DNA from: Vitrella brassicaformis CCMP3155
Lineage: Eukaryota; Protista; Chromerida
DNA length: 64,000 bases
Direction of reading: 5' to 3'
NCBI GenBank assembly: GCA_001179505.1
Contig: CDMY01000477.1
Coordinates: 62,001-126,000, forward strand
Part shown: positions 40,649-52,943 of the stretch, piece by piece
How the letters are laid out: each line of letters starts with the position of its first letter
Numbering within the stretch: position 1 is the stretch's first letter
Made by a program: the position numbers and the translations under genes
The notes under the pieces: model-generated
What the model saw: the letters and a program-made list of their open reading frames with translations, nothing else
What the model was told of the DNA's origin: nothing
The model's database searches: none

Positions 40649-42070
40649 CCGTGCCGATGAGGAGCGTCAGTTGCGGCCTCCGCAAGTGACCGTTCCTGTG
40701 GGCGAAGAATGGCGTCTCGCCGCCCGAGATCGGTTCCTTTGTGGAGATCCCCATGGGCGTCAAGGAGTCCGTGCATCACGGCGAGGAGGACAATATCACA
40801 CTGGCCGTGGCCGAGGCCGACAAGGACAAGGGGGCAGAGCCGATGGAGGTCGACATGCCCCAGGCTGCATCAGAAGAGCCTCTCGGTGCATATGGTGAGG
40901 ACAGCAGGCGGAGGGGCGGCTCTCGAGGGCGGCGGATGGGCGAGGCATGAGGGACGGCACACCCCACTCTCACCCTCACGACGGCATTGATGCAATGCAA
41001 GTGGAGCGCAGTCATCACAGCCGCCACCTGACGCAGCGCACAACGAGTATGATACGGCGGCGGACCACCGGGTGATGGCGACAATGGAGACAGGCGAGAC
41101 GGTCGGAGAGCAAGAAGCCGACAGCAAGGAGATGGCCCTTTGTCCGTAGACGAGTCTGCCGCCGTGCCCAAGCAGAGGCCGAGTTGGCTGTGCCTCTTTT
41201 CCCCGAGCCACAGGACGAGCACAACAGGGGACGGGGCTCACGGGGCGGAGCGACGGTGCAGAAGGGCGACACTCGGATGCCTCGGCAGAACAGACAGAGC
41301 TCATCGAGGGCGACCACCGACACCCCAGTCTGCAGCCCCCATGGCCGCTCTGACCAAGTCGTCTGAGGATGGAGCGTCCAAGGGATCACCCGTGGCCAGT
41401 GCTCGCGCCGCTGCGCAGCTGCGCATGACCTCTCGCCCCTGTGACAAGGGACGAGCCCGACAGAGGCGGGGAAGCAGACGAGGCTGACGCAGCCAACGTG
41501 CCGCCACCTGCAGCTGTCCTCAGGCCGCTCAGCTAGTTGTTCTTCACCGGCGGCTTCAACGATGACGCCTCCCAGTCCACCGCCACCGGTCCAGCCGGCC
41601 CCCGTTGCCATGCGCAACCATGCGATGAGCAGCAGCAGCATGCAGCGGATGAAGAGCAGCTTCCTTAAGCCGAAGCAGCACCAGCACAAGCACAGCCGAC
41701 CTGATATGTGTTCCGACAAAGCGTAGGGTGAGAAGGGGAGGAAGCGGCCCGGGCGGCAGCAAGCCCCCCGTGCCGACACCGTGGCATCGCTGTCAAGAGC
41801 GACCAGCGACCAGTCTGTAGGAGAAGAAGACGAAGAGGCTGAGAGACGCCTGGAGCCGACGCCAGGACGCATGCGGAGTCCCCCGACACTACGAGACGTA
41901 AGAGCAGCACTGTGCTGGTGGAAACGGGGCCGAGCCCGTCGAGGTTCTTCTGGTCCCAGGCGGCGAGACGCCAGTGTCGCTGTCGTCCTCGGGAGGGGAG
42001 GACCAGGAGACCCACACGACGCGCCGTCGCATTCTCAAAAGCCCCCGTCACCCGCTCGACGGATGTGTGC
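40649..42070 (+). pseudogene. Frameshifted low-complexity acidic coding-like sequence continuing the kinase tail
   Basis: Protein-like text switches frame at ~40640-40643 (PVDRADEERQLRPPQVTVPVGEE) and ~40704-40710 (GVSPPEIGSFVEIPMGVKESVHHGEEDN); further fragments run to ~42070. Confidence 0.4.
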
Positions 42071-43241
42071 ATGAGATGCGTGTCGTGTGCATTGCATCCA
42101 TCCATGTCGATAGACTTACTACTGACTGACTGACTGACTGCGTATTGCATTTTTGGTCCACGATACGGTTCATTCGACTTACTCCACTCACCATGTACTG
42201 TATGGATGTGTAGGCTTACTGCGCTCACAGACTCACTGCTCCTCTCCTGCTTTGGCGGTTTTGCTTAGCGGCCCGCCTCACACCACACCCGACCGCCAAG
42301 ACACATGCGCACCACCAGCACACAAAGGTCGATCCGGTGCATCCGCGGCGACTGACTACTGACTGACTCCTTATTTTTGGCTTCCTTTTGTAATCCCGCG
42401 GTTTTGAGCCTTAGCGGCCCGCGACACGCCCACCCACCCATGCACACATGCGCACCAAGAGCACACACTGTCTCTTGTGATTTGGACTCGACCCCTTCCT
42501 CCTACTGGTTCCTGACGCGACACGAAACACAGCTTCCTCCTGCTGCGCAAGAGCACTGCTCTCTCCGCCGCTCTTCTTTGTCGCTGGCCGCGTTTTTCCA
42601 GCCCCCGACGGACACCACAACTGCGCTTTCGGCCCATCAATCCCATCGACAGCTTCTTGTGCCGCCGCACAGCTCATATGATATACCTATGTGTATATAC
42701 CTGCCCACACACACTGGCCAGCTGGCCTAGTCAGAAACCCACACACGAATCCATGTGTCGGGCAGAGAGAGCATCTCACAACCAGCCACCTCCACCTCCA
42801 CACACTCACACGTGTTCATCGGTGCGTATATATATGTATATATATATATGTGTGTGTGTGTGGCACTTCCTTACACCAACACACATACAGATACACATAC
42901 ACATACACACATGCACGCATACACTTGGACTAGCCACCCCACACACACTCACCCCACCCCCTCTCTGTGTCCGTATGCGTGCGTCTGTGTGTGTGAGTAC
43001 GTCAGTGGGTTTGCCCACGCCTCTGTGCCGGGCCGCTTATTTAGTATCTCCTGCTTCGCACATTGATTGCGGTTTCTAGGTTAGTGAGTGCGTCAGTCAG
43101 GCCACGCATGGCCAATTGTGGCATGCGCGTGTTATGCATTCATTCAATGGTTCTGATAAGTGAGACATGCCGGCCGCACTTCCATATATCCACCCATAAT
43201 ATCCACACAGTCACTGCACTTCCTGTTGGATATTATGGGTG

Positions 43242-43342
43242 GGTGTTTGCCATAGGGTCAGCTTGCACTCTCTCGCTGAGACAGATTCATTGGTGTGTCT
43301 ACTTGGCGCGCTTGCAGGCGTCTAGTGCGCCTCATGTTGTGC
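43242..43342 (+). repeat. Second copy of the ~100 bp kinase exon-intron-exon fragment
   Basis: Near-identical to 39635-39735 (about four differences), including the whole intron. Confidence 0.9.
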
Positions 43343-43764
43343 GTCCTCCTCATCCATGTGCGACGTGAGGTCTCATTGCACGAGTGTTGTGCGCCCCACT
43401 TTCAGTCCTTCTCGATGTCGCACAACAACCCCTTTTCTCTCTCAGTATGCTTTCACGCCTGCCTGCATGTGGTGTGGTCATATTGCAATGACTGCAGCGT
43501 CGACCAGCGAGTGGATGATTGGTTGTGCACGTGTGGTGATTGTAAGACAAGCTAATTCACTTGAACCGATATGCAATGAGCCTCAGTGGGGTGGGTTTGC
43601 TCTGGGTTCCGACCATGTATGCACCCAATCGTTTCTTGCTCACGATAGAGCTCTAAATGCAAGCAGACAGAGTGATGGACACGCCGACAGACCGATCGAC
43701 CAGTTGCTGACTGGCACATGTACAAATATGTACATACACACACACACATCACACATACATACAG

Positions 43765-45283
43765 TCAGTCCGTGTGTGTGTGAGGGCCTGTTGGCGGGCC
43801 ATGTGCGTGTGTGGCAACCACGCGGGACCAATGCATGTGGTACACAGCGATCACCAGCCTGCGACCAACTCACACGCACAGGGGGAAGCAAGGAGGGACA
43901 AGTTAGAGGGATGAAAACAGGCGACACGCAAACGTATGTACCTGAGTACTGATGCCGTGAGGAACTCCTGAACAGTGACCCAAAGCGATGACACTGAACA
44001 TTCGTCGCACACATGGTCACACACACAAGACACGTCAGGGATCAGTTGGTTGATGAGTCGGTGTCTGACACCCGCAGGTTGTCTGTTCCCCCGAGCATTC
44101 ATTTCAGGCGCCCCCCACCTGGTCCAGCCCCCACAGTGAGCCAGTTGAGCAGATGGCCGTCAAACCCGACGGGGATGCGATGCAGACCTGAACAACCATA
44201 CCGGCCGACACAGACAGACAGACCATCTACTCTCTCCGTGCGTGTCATTATTCCGTCTCTGGTGGGGCAGCCTGTCTCACCTGCTTCCACGCCATTCATG
44301 ATTGTGCTGGCGACGACGGCGGGTGGGAACACACCCGACGCAGCCGCCAATATCTCGGTGATCTGCATACAACGATAGACACCCACACCACACCATACGG
44401 TGGACGGACAGACGGGCGCACTATTTCCCCCAGGGCCTTCCTTGGCTTCCCTCTCATATATTCACCTTTGGCCTGGTCTGTGACTCTTCCCTGAAGCCTG
44501 GCGTATCTGCATCCCTCCATCCATCCATTTATTCACACAAAAAAGCGGGCAAGCGTCATGGATCGTCTCGTTTCTCTGGTCGGATGCCCTCCCTCCCTAC
44601 CCACCTGTGTCAGGTGGGAAGGCGATGGCCACGTGGACCCCGGAGGCTCCCGCCTCCATTTCCAGCGCCTCAGATAGTCCTCGGAGGGCGAACTTGGAAG
44701 TGCTGTAGGCCGAGTAGCCGTAGAGGCCCACTTGCCCCGCCTGTGAGCTCACAAACACCACTTGGCCCTTCCTCCGCTGCTTCATTGACGGCAGGATGGC
44801 TCTGCACATGTGCACCCCGCCCATCACATTGAGGCGCCAACAGTGGGAGAAGTCCGCAGCCGTCAAGTCGTCGAAGGGCTTGGTGACGGTGCCGCCAGCA
44901 TTGTTGATCAGCACATCTGCAGGATCCGTCTCGGCCAGCGACGCGCCATAGGCCATGACGGCCTCCTCGTCAGTCACATCCAGCACCTTGCAAACCACCT
45001 CCACAGCTGCACTGCCTCTTCCACCGCCGTCTGCCGCCTCCTTGGCGACGTTGTTGCATTCCTGCGCCGCCTGCTTGAGTGTTGGCTCGTTGCGCGCCAC
45101 TAGAGTGACCCTCCTGGCCTGCCGCCTGACAGACTCTTTGGCCAACTCGAGCCCAATGCCCTTGGACGCACCCGTGATCAGCACGTGACAGCCCCTTATA
45201 GAGAAGCGCCGGAAAGACCAGGCGTGCAGGAGGGCGACCAGTACAGCCAGGCCGCAGAAGAATGCTATCAATTCAGCCCACAT
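43765..45283 (-). CDS. KDSR: 3-ketodihydrosphingosine reductase (SDR family)
   Basis: N-terminal TM, HVLITGASKGIG, DVLINNAG, VFVSSQAGQVGLYGYSAYSTSKFALRGLSEALEME, AFPPDT, ETKAIS; C-terminal hydrophobic exon. Confidence 0.92.
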
Positions 45284-45429
45284 AGATCTGCACAACTCGA
45301 TGCAAACCCTGATAGAAACACACGGCTGAAGCCTGCAGATGAGGGCACAGCACACCACGCAGCAGAGGGCCAGGGAGGCAGAACCACGGCTGGCGGTTTC
45401 ACCCCACGAACGAACCTAGGGCATGCTAT

Positions 45430-45436
45430 AGCTCGC
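45430..45436. promoter_or_regulatory. AGCTCGC motif in the KDSR/type I TM promoter
   Basis: Recurs in all eight divergent intervals. Confidence 0.55.
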
Positions 45437-45793
45437 GATCCTAACGGCTGGCCTCCCAGGCGCGCGGGACGCCTGCTGAAGACAGCGGTGTTTTTCCTGC
45501 AACCTGGATTGCCGTGAGAGTGGAGGATGCGCCATGAGGGTGGAGCTCCATCCGCGTCAAAGCGCTGCGGCTGTCGGTGCGCACAGATGCTGCAGCGGCG
45601 GACAGATGCAGACGAGTCGACACCGAGGTGGCAACGCAGAAACACACCCTCTCTCACGCTCTGCAAGCTGCGTAGCGTACCACCTGGTCTTCCTGCCTGC
45701 AGGTGTTTCGACGCCACCCAGCCATTTGCCTCTTCCCACCACCCTCCTAGCGGCCCATGGCTGCCCCACCCCCGACGGCAGCGCTCATCCAAG

Positions 45794-46778
45794 ATGGCGT
45801 CATGCTTGCTCCTCACCACCCTCGTGCTACTGTTACTTGTCTGCCGGGCCTCAGCGGCTCCCCCGGAGGCTCCCTATTCGCTTAAGCGAGAGCCCCTTAT
45901 GGCCGAGCCAATGCTGCCCTCCGTGCCGCCCGAAGACCACTTGGTGGACGACCTGACTCAGCAGGAGGGCACGGATACGATGACAGTGCCCCCTGCCCTT
46001 GACGATAGCCCTGAGCGTCACGTGGGGGATGGTGTGGAAAGTTTGGCGATCGACACAGGCGTTGGCACGAATTCCAACCGGCACTCGTGGACCGGTATGA
46101 CTGTGGCAGACCCCACCTCTGACGACCCCTTCCCTGCTGAGCAACATGCCGATGACGACGTTGCTGCCAACCACCGGGCTGAGGAGGGGCAGCACCAGGA
46201 GGCCGCCCCCGAGCTGCCCGCTGGTGGTGTCTCGGGTTCGTATGCGTTGGATGATTCGCAGATGGAGGAGACGCTGACCGCCCTGGAAGTGATAGAAGAG
46301 GAGGCCAAAAGAGTGAGGGACGAGGTGGAAAATCTGGCGCCGCGAAGGCGGGCCTGGATAGCTACCGGCGTGGTAAGGCACACAGACAGACAGACAGACA
46401 GACAGCTGTCAAGCAAGCAACCAACGACACACACGACCTCTTATGTATGTGGCTCAGATTGTACGTTCTGTGTTGTACTGCTGTGAAATGTTGCAGGTGG
46501 TGGGTCTGGCGTTCCTGCTCATCATCGGCGGTGGGTGCGTCTTCACCGTGTTTTATCTGCAGCGGCTGAAGCGCAGCAGCCACTGGTTCCACGCCACGCA
46601 GCTGTCTGGCAATGGTGGGGGCGGCATTCTGTCATCTGGCAGCGGCAATTTGGCCCTTGAGGATGCCAGGGATCGCGGCGAGTCGCTGCGGGCAGTGGTG
46701 CAAAACGACGGGCAGATCGACCCATTCAACTGCCACACGTACACGACCCGCAGAGGCTGGCCACCCAACCCAGTCTGA
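45794..46778 (+). CDS. Type I membrane protein: signal peptide, acidic disordered ectodomain, single TM, short tail
   Basis: MASCLLLTTLVLLLLVCRASA; RRRAWIATGV|VVGLAFLLIIGGGCVFTVFYLQRLKR; intron 46373-46496. Confidence 0.8.
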
Positions 46779-47984
46779 CTGATGTCTGATCTGATGGAGG
46801 GTGGGTGTATCAGGCAGACAGACAGAGAGACACAAACAGGCAGACAGACAGACAGGTAAGTACTTTTTCGCCCTGAGTAATCGATTGTGTTTGGCCAAGG
46901 AAGGGCTCTCCCGCATACATACGTGGCTGTGAAAGTGCGCCTCTATCGTATCACTGATGCCTTTTTGTGTATTGGGTTGCACGGCAGGCAGGCGAGAGAT
47001 AGATCGATCGATGGATGGATGGATGGATGGATGGCACCGGTCAGGCAGAAGACGCGATCGCGACGAAGTGATCTGTTTTGCCTAGGGGTGAGATGGGGCG
47101 GGGCGGGCACCCTCTGCTTGAGGTCAGTTTATCATCTCTCTGTTCATCTGTTGTATTCTAACGTCGAGTGCAATGTGGTATCCCTCTGTCAAAGAATGCA
47201 TGTATGTGGGTATATCTTGCCTCCGGCTTTTTTTGGCTGTGTGTCGAGATCGCTGTGTCCTTTCTTACGTACGCGGCCTCTGCGTGCGGAGTGTCAAATG
47301 GCGCCCCACATGTGGCCGCTGTAAGCATTGGCAGATGAACAACTTGCCGACTCAATCCTGTGCATGTCTGTCTGTCTGTCTATAGCAAAGAGAGGAGGGA
47401 GGGAGGGAGGGAGGGAGACGGGATGACATAGCTACTTACCTATCTCTCCGACTACTTGCTGTCCCTGGTGTGTAGGTTGACTGCTACGTACGTGTATACA
47501 TGCGTACATCCGTACACACATACATACGTACACATACATACAGACAGACATGCTGGGTGGACGGCTGCCTGATTCTGTCTGTGAATGCATTGACTGTGTA
47601 TGTGTAAGTGCCTTTGAAGCCCGTGCAGTCGCGGACATGTCAGCGCGTATGCGTCTCGCCTGTGCGCGTGGCACTCATCGGCACGTACGAACACATCGCA
47701 TCTATCGATGCACTGTGCGTGAATGAATGTTCGTCCATGTGCAACCACGACCAAGTACGTGCCGCCGACGAAACACTGTCTCATTCTCCATCCATCCATC
47801 CATCCACCGTCAAGGCAAATCTTATATATCCTCCATGTGTCCATCCACGGGTCCGTCTGTCCCTCATGCCATGCACACCATCCATCCATCCGTGCATTCG
47901 TCCATGCATGTCCGTCCGTGCATCCCATCCGCTTCGCTCATCGACTGTCACCTCGCCCCCCACATCCATCCCCTCTCTCCTACT

Positions 47985-50251
47985 TTACTTGGCGTATCCT
48001 CCGGCCTTTGCGGACCGCAGGAAGTTCTGCAGTGCATGCAGCCGGGCATCTATGTCACTCACCGCTATCTCGGGCGACGCGCTCCCACTCCCTACGCTCT
48101 CCTCTTCAACACCACCCACCGCCTTGCCATGCGGGCGGCTGCCGCCTGTCACAGTCGCCGGCATGACAGAGGACGACGCCCCATCCGGTGATCCAGGGGG
48201 CAGCGACAGGCGAGGGGACTCACTAGTGTTGTCAGCGATACCGTTAATGCCATGAGATGTCCCCCCATCCTCGCGGGGGCCTTGGTCGGTCTTGCCGGCA
48301 GTGACGGGGATGCGGGGTGGTGGCAGCAGCTTGGCGGGTGGGTGCAAGGGCTGCAATGGCGGCGAGGGGATGCACACCGACATGGGGACCGAATAGGGAG
48401 ACGGGGAGGGGGAGGAGGACGCCACTGGGCTGGTGGGGCCTCGCTGATGCTGCTGCCGCTGGGGCCGACTCAGGTGGTGCTGTGGTGGTCCTCGTGGCTT
48501 ACGCATCAGAGGTGAGAGGGATGGCGACAGCCTGGCGCCCTGTTTGGGGGGCGGCAGGGGGTGTTGGTGCAGCGACGGCAGCCGTGCGCCGATGGCGGCA
48601 TGGGTGGGGGATGGCGCCCGGCCCCTTAGGCCCCTCCCCCCTCTCCCACCCACCCCATAGTACGAGGGGCTCGGATGGCGCTGACTCGATGATGACTGGT
48701 CCGAATCAAACGATCGCCGCAGCCTGTTGGCGCCCCTTTGTCGCGTGTGTTCCCCCGGCCACCCTGTGACGGTGACGCCCCCCGCCCGCAGAGTGGGACT
48801 CGCTCGCCCTACTGCAGGCGCCTTAACAACAGAGCGGCTGTAGTCAGGGGCAGAGAACGGCTTGGTCGGTCGACTCCCCACTGGTGGCGACGGGGCCCTC
48901 TGCCTGGTCAGCCCGGGGTGAGGCCGGCGGGGTGGGGGTGAGGGTGACGGCCCACGAGAGCCGCGCGAGGCCACAGAGGATGCACGTGATGTGGGGCGGC
49001 GGGAAGGCGGGGCCGAACCCCCCGCTGCTCGACCGGCCGGCTGGCGAGTGGACCAGCGGGAGGGGGACGGATCGCGTGAAGGGGCATGACGCAGCCGAAG
49101 CCTGATGGTGTTATTGTCGTCCTCGAGACGCTTCACTTGTGCCTTGAGCTTCTTCTCGCCCTCGCGTGCACGCTGCAGGTCCCTCTGGAGTGTCTGGAGG
49201 GTCCGCTGGTCCTGCTGGCGCAGCGCCTGGCAGCGGTGTAGCTCCTCCGTGAGCTTGTGCAGCTGCTGTCGCGTGTGGTCCCGGCCGCCATCTGACGCCG
49301 TCTCACTGGAGCGCCGATTCATGGCTTGGCTCTGACTGGTGCTGATGGTGGCATCCGACACGGCCTGAATGTCGCGACGCATAGCCACGACCTCCCTCTC
49401 CTTGGCCGCCAACTTGCGCCTCAGTTCGTCATTCTCACGCATGAGGGCATCATCGGTGACCTCGGCTGCCCCCGTCCCCTGTTGCTGCGTGAGGCGCTCT
49501 ATCCTGCGCGAGGCCGCCGATAGCTCCCCCCTCAATCGCGCCACGGTAGCCTGGAGAGCAGCCACCTCAGTGTCTTCCTGGTAGGCCAACGCCAGGGGGT
49601 AGTGGACGCGGTCGAACTCTCCCTGGTAGGTCAGGATGAGGTACCTCTTGCTGCGATCACTGGCAGGGTGGACGGACGGCTGGGAGGCCGACGAAGGGGT
49701 GGGGGTGGGGGGGTGGGGGTGGGGCAGCCCGCCGGGGGGTGGCAACCCAGCAGTGTATATGGCCGCCCCGCCGCTCGACGAGGATGCGCTGGAGGACGAG
49801 TCGTGCAGGCGTCTGCTGCCCGCCTTGTGGTGTGGCTCAGCCCGGCCGCGGAGCAGGGCCAGGTCGCGTGGTGTGAGGAGGTCGAGATACACGCTCTCAC
49901 AGTCCTCAGATAGGGCCGAGAACAGCATGCGCCGAAACACCTCATACGACTTGAAGTTGCCTGCACACAATAAGATGTAATCAATTCATGGATGGATGCA
50001 CCCGCCGCTAGTCAGTCAGTCAGTGAGGGACAGACAGCCCTCAATGCCCTCCCACTGATTCGTTCCCCCTCACCTGTCCTCTGTGTAATCTCTTCGATGA
50101 GTTGTCTGCTGAATTTGGCCCGCCACCGCATGCCGGTGCCTCTCTGCAGGATATCGACCACCATGCCGTTGTCGTCGCCTTCCAGCGTGCAGGAATAATC
50201 GCTGTCGTGAAAGCGGCGCTCCACCGTGTGCGAAAAGGGCAATGAAGCCAT
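47985..50251 (-). CDS. CCDC61: CCDC61/VFL3, SAS6-like head centriolar protein
   Basis: WRAKFSRQLIEEITQRT|GNFKSYEVFRRML, VYLDLLTPRDLALLR, KRYLILTYQGEFDRVHYPLAL; coiled coil; basic tail ending IDARLHALQNFL. Confidence 0.92.
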
Positions 50252-50382
50252 CGCGAAATGCCTCAACCAACAAGCTGGGCAATGAATTGATGCACCAAGA
50301 AACGGTCACCAGTCCCCTATCTGTCCCTATCAGCTGACAGTGGAACTAGGGGCCAGCAATAGGACTCCAGAGCCTGGGGCTT

Positions 50383-50389
50383 AGCTCGC
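50383..50389. promoter_or_regulatory. AGCTCGC motif in the CCDC61/cyclophilin promoter
   Basis: Recurs in all eight divergent intervals. Confidence 0.6.
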
Positions 50390-50462
50390 AAGAAGTATAA
50401 GGGGAGCGATGTTTTCCCTTGCACAGACAGCCAGGTGCGCTGCGTCATCATCGTTGCCCACC

Positions 50463-51608
50463 ATGATGAGAGTTCGGCCATGCGCAGTCTCCACGGCCGG
50501 ACTTTCGGCCTCAAGATGGTTTGCCACAGCTGCTGCGGTAAGCAGGGGCAAAGATCTGCATGCGCATCTACCCATTTGTAACTTGTGTGTGTCTATACCA
50601 CATCAGAATCCCAAGGTATGGTTTGACATTTCCATCGGCGGGCGTGCCATGGGCAGAGTCACGTTTCTTCTCTATGCGGACGTCGTGCCCAAGACCGCAG
50701 AGAACTTCCGGGCCTTGTGCACTGGCGAAAAGGCAAGTGCACAAAAGAAATCCAATTTGTGTTGGGGATGGCTCAGCGGTTGGCTGGTGTGTGCGGCGCT
50801 TACAGGGAAAGGGTCAATCTCAGGTGCCCCTCCACTACAAGGTCAGGGCACAGATGATGTATGTGTGTATGTCTTGGCTGCCTGTGTATCCGTCTGTCTG
50901 TCGGTCGGTCGGTCGGTCTGTTTGTCTGTGTCTGCAGGGAAGCTACTTCCACCGCATCATTCCCCGTATGTCACACACAAGGCCAGCAAAGGCGACATCT
51001 ATCGCATTGGATGGACTGCTTGGACAATTGCATGTCTTGCACGTGTCTTGCTTGCATCGTATGCTTACCCGTCTTGGGTATCGTCACCAGACTTCATGTG
51101 CCAGGGCGGGGACTTCACCGAGGGCGACGGGCGGGGCGGCGAGTCCATCTACGGCATGAAGTACGTACCAATCAATACTCTCGCACATGCATGTCACCCT
51201 TGCACAGCACACCGCACACATGCACCCATCGATGGCTGGTTGTCTTTGTTTCTCCGCAGGTTCGCGGATGAGAACTTCAAAATCAAGCATTCGAAGAAGG
51301 GCCTGCTGTCCATGGCCAACGCCGGGCCCAACACAAACGGTGATCAATGCAATGCCACAAAGCCAGGAGCGAGCACCCATGTGTCTTGTGTGTCGTTCAT
51401 GGATTCACCTTCTTGATTCGTGATTGATGTTCATTCAGGTAGTCAGTTCTTCATAACGGTAGACGAGACCCCCTGGCTGGACGGCAAGCACGTGGTGTTT
51501 GGCGAGGTGACCGAGGGTTACGACGTGGTGCAGCAGATGGAACGAGTCGGCACTCGCAGCGGCACGCCCACGCAGAAGGTCCAGATCGCCGACTGCGGAC
51601 AGCTTTGA
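50463..51608 (+). CDS. Cyclophilin PPIase with a putative mitochondrial targeting peptide
   Basis: [78 protein letters not shown]; Arg/Ser/Ala-rich leader. Confidence 0.96.
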
Positions 51609-51803
51609 TCCAAGAGGGAGGGAGTGCTGCAAGCAAGCGTGTGAATGCATGTGTGTGCCCTTGATACATGGGGGGCTGTGAGCGGTTTATTTCAGTAAGG
51701 CGGAGGGCAGCGAGACCTGCACGATGGATGCATTGAAAAGACAGAAGCCCTAACGACCGCCGAGATTTACATCCTGTACAGTGTACGGAATAAACAACAA
51801 AAG

Positions 51804-52943
51804 ATGGCCTCTCTTCTCCTGGCGGCTCTCTGCCTCGTCGTATCGATTCCCTTGGCAAAAGGTGACCCGCCAAATTGCGACGCCGAGAGTTCCGGTGGCT
51901 GCTCACGTAGGTTACCGACGACCTAATGGCGTGCTCGGTGCGTCATGTAGCTTTGCTGTTTCTCTGTGCTTACGTCATCAATCAGAGATCATCGCGGGCA
52001 CCCCGGATGGTCGTCTCTTCAGTACCACCTTCCCTGAAGAGGGTTTTGTGCTGGCCCAGACGGACATAGAAGCGAATGGTGACGTGAGGGCCCGCGGCCG
52101 TGTGTTCGGCCTTGCGCTCCTGGAAACCGATGGCGATGTAGAAGCGCTTGGCACAATCACAGGACAAAAAGTGGTTGCGGTGTCAAAAGGAAACACTCCT
52201 CCGGCAGAAATCGCTGATGTGGCCGAGGGCGGAGTAAGTGAGGAATACTGCTACAGAACCTAAAAGGGCGAGTACACACTGTCTGCATGTCTGTTTGTCT
52301 GTGTTGGTCGATTGCACGTCAAGTTATCGTCTGCGGCAACCCGGGAACGCGCTTTGACTTTGAACAAGGTACACACGTGTCAGTTCTATCTCATCCAGCT
52401 CACCCTCTTTGTATCATGTACACTGTGCAGGGGATATAAAGGCGCAGCTGGATGTAGAGGCAGACAGGAACGTCGAAGCAAGGAGCAGTGCTTTTGCGGA
52501 CGCGGCGTCAACACACCGCGCACCATCAGCAAGTCATTCGAGGTGCGCGGCCCGCCCGTCAGTCAGGCGAACTCGTCGGTCCACCACGAGTGGAGTGCCA
52601 GCGGGCGCGCATCAGCGCATGAGGCCTTCCGGAAGCTGCATGTGCAGGCCTACGGCCACAAGAAGCTGGGCTTAATGCTGCTGAGGTGCAGAAGCTGTTT
52701 CCCTTAGCAGTCGGCTCACTCGACCTGTCTGATGACAATGACATGGAAGAGCAAGAAGAGGTGATGACGATCGATCTCACCCAGCTCTTCTACACACAAA
52801 TGGCCGTCATTCAAGATCTGGAAGGGAGGCTGGACAACATGATTGATCGCATTGCCCGACTGGAAAAGAGAGAAAGCGAGAGTGAGCCGTCGGGCCCCCT
52901 TGAAGCCATGCAGAAGATGGCTGAAGGGCTCATGGCGCCGTAA
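51804..52943 (+). CDS. Secreted protein with phage-tailspike-like beta repeats and a C-terminal peptidase-S74-like chaperone/coiled coil; two apparent 1-nt frameshifts
   Basis: MASLLLAALCLVVSIPLAK; ANGDVRARGRVFG, TDGDVEALGTITG, GDIKAQLDVEADRNVEAR; [LGL]NAAEVQKLFPLAV...IDLTQLFYTQMAVIQDLEGRLDNMIDRIARLE. Confidence 0.6.

Noticed and set aside
42371-42670. Arg-rich minus-strand ORF
   Set aside because: No recognisable homology or splice support; low complexity.
42820-42910. (TA)n/(TG)n/(CA)n tract as a special element
   Set aside because: Ordinary microsatellite, abundant throughout the window.
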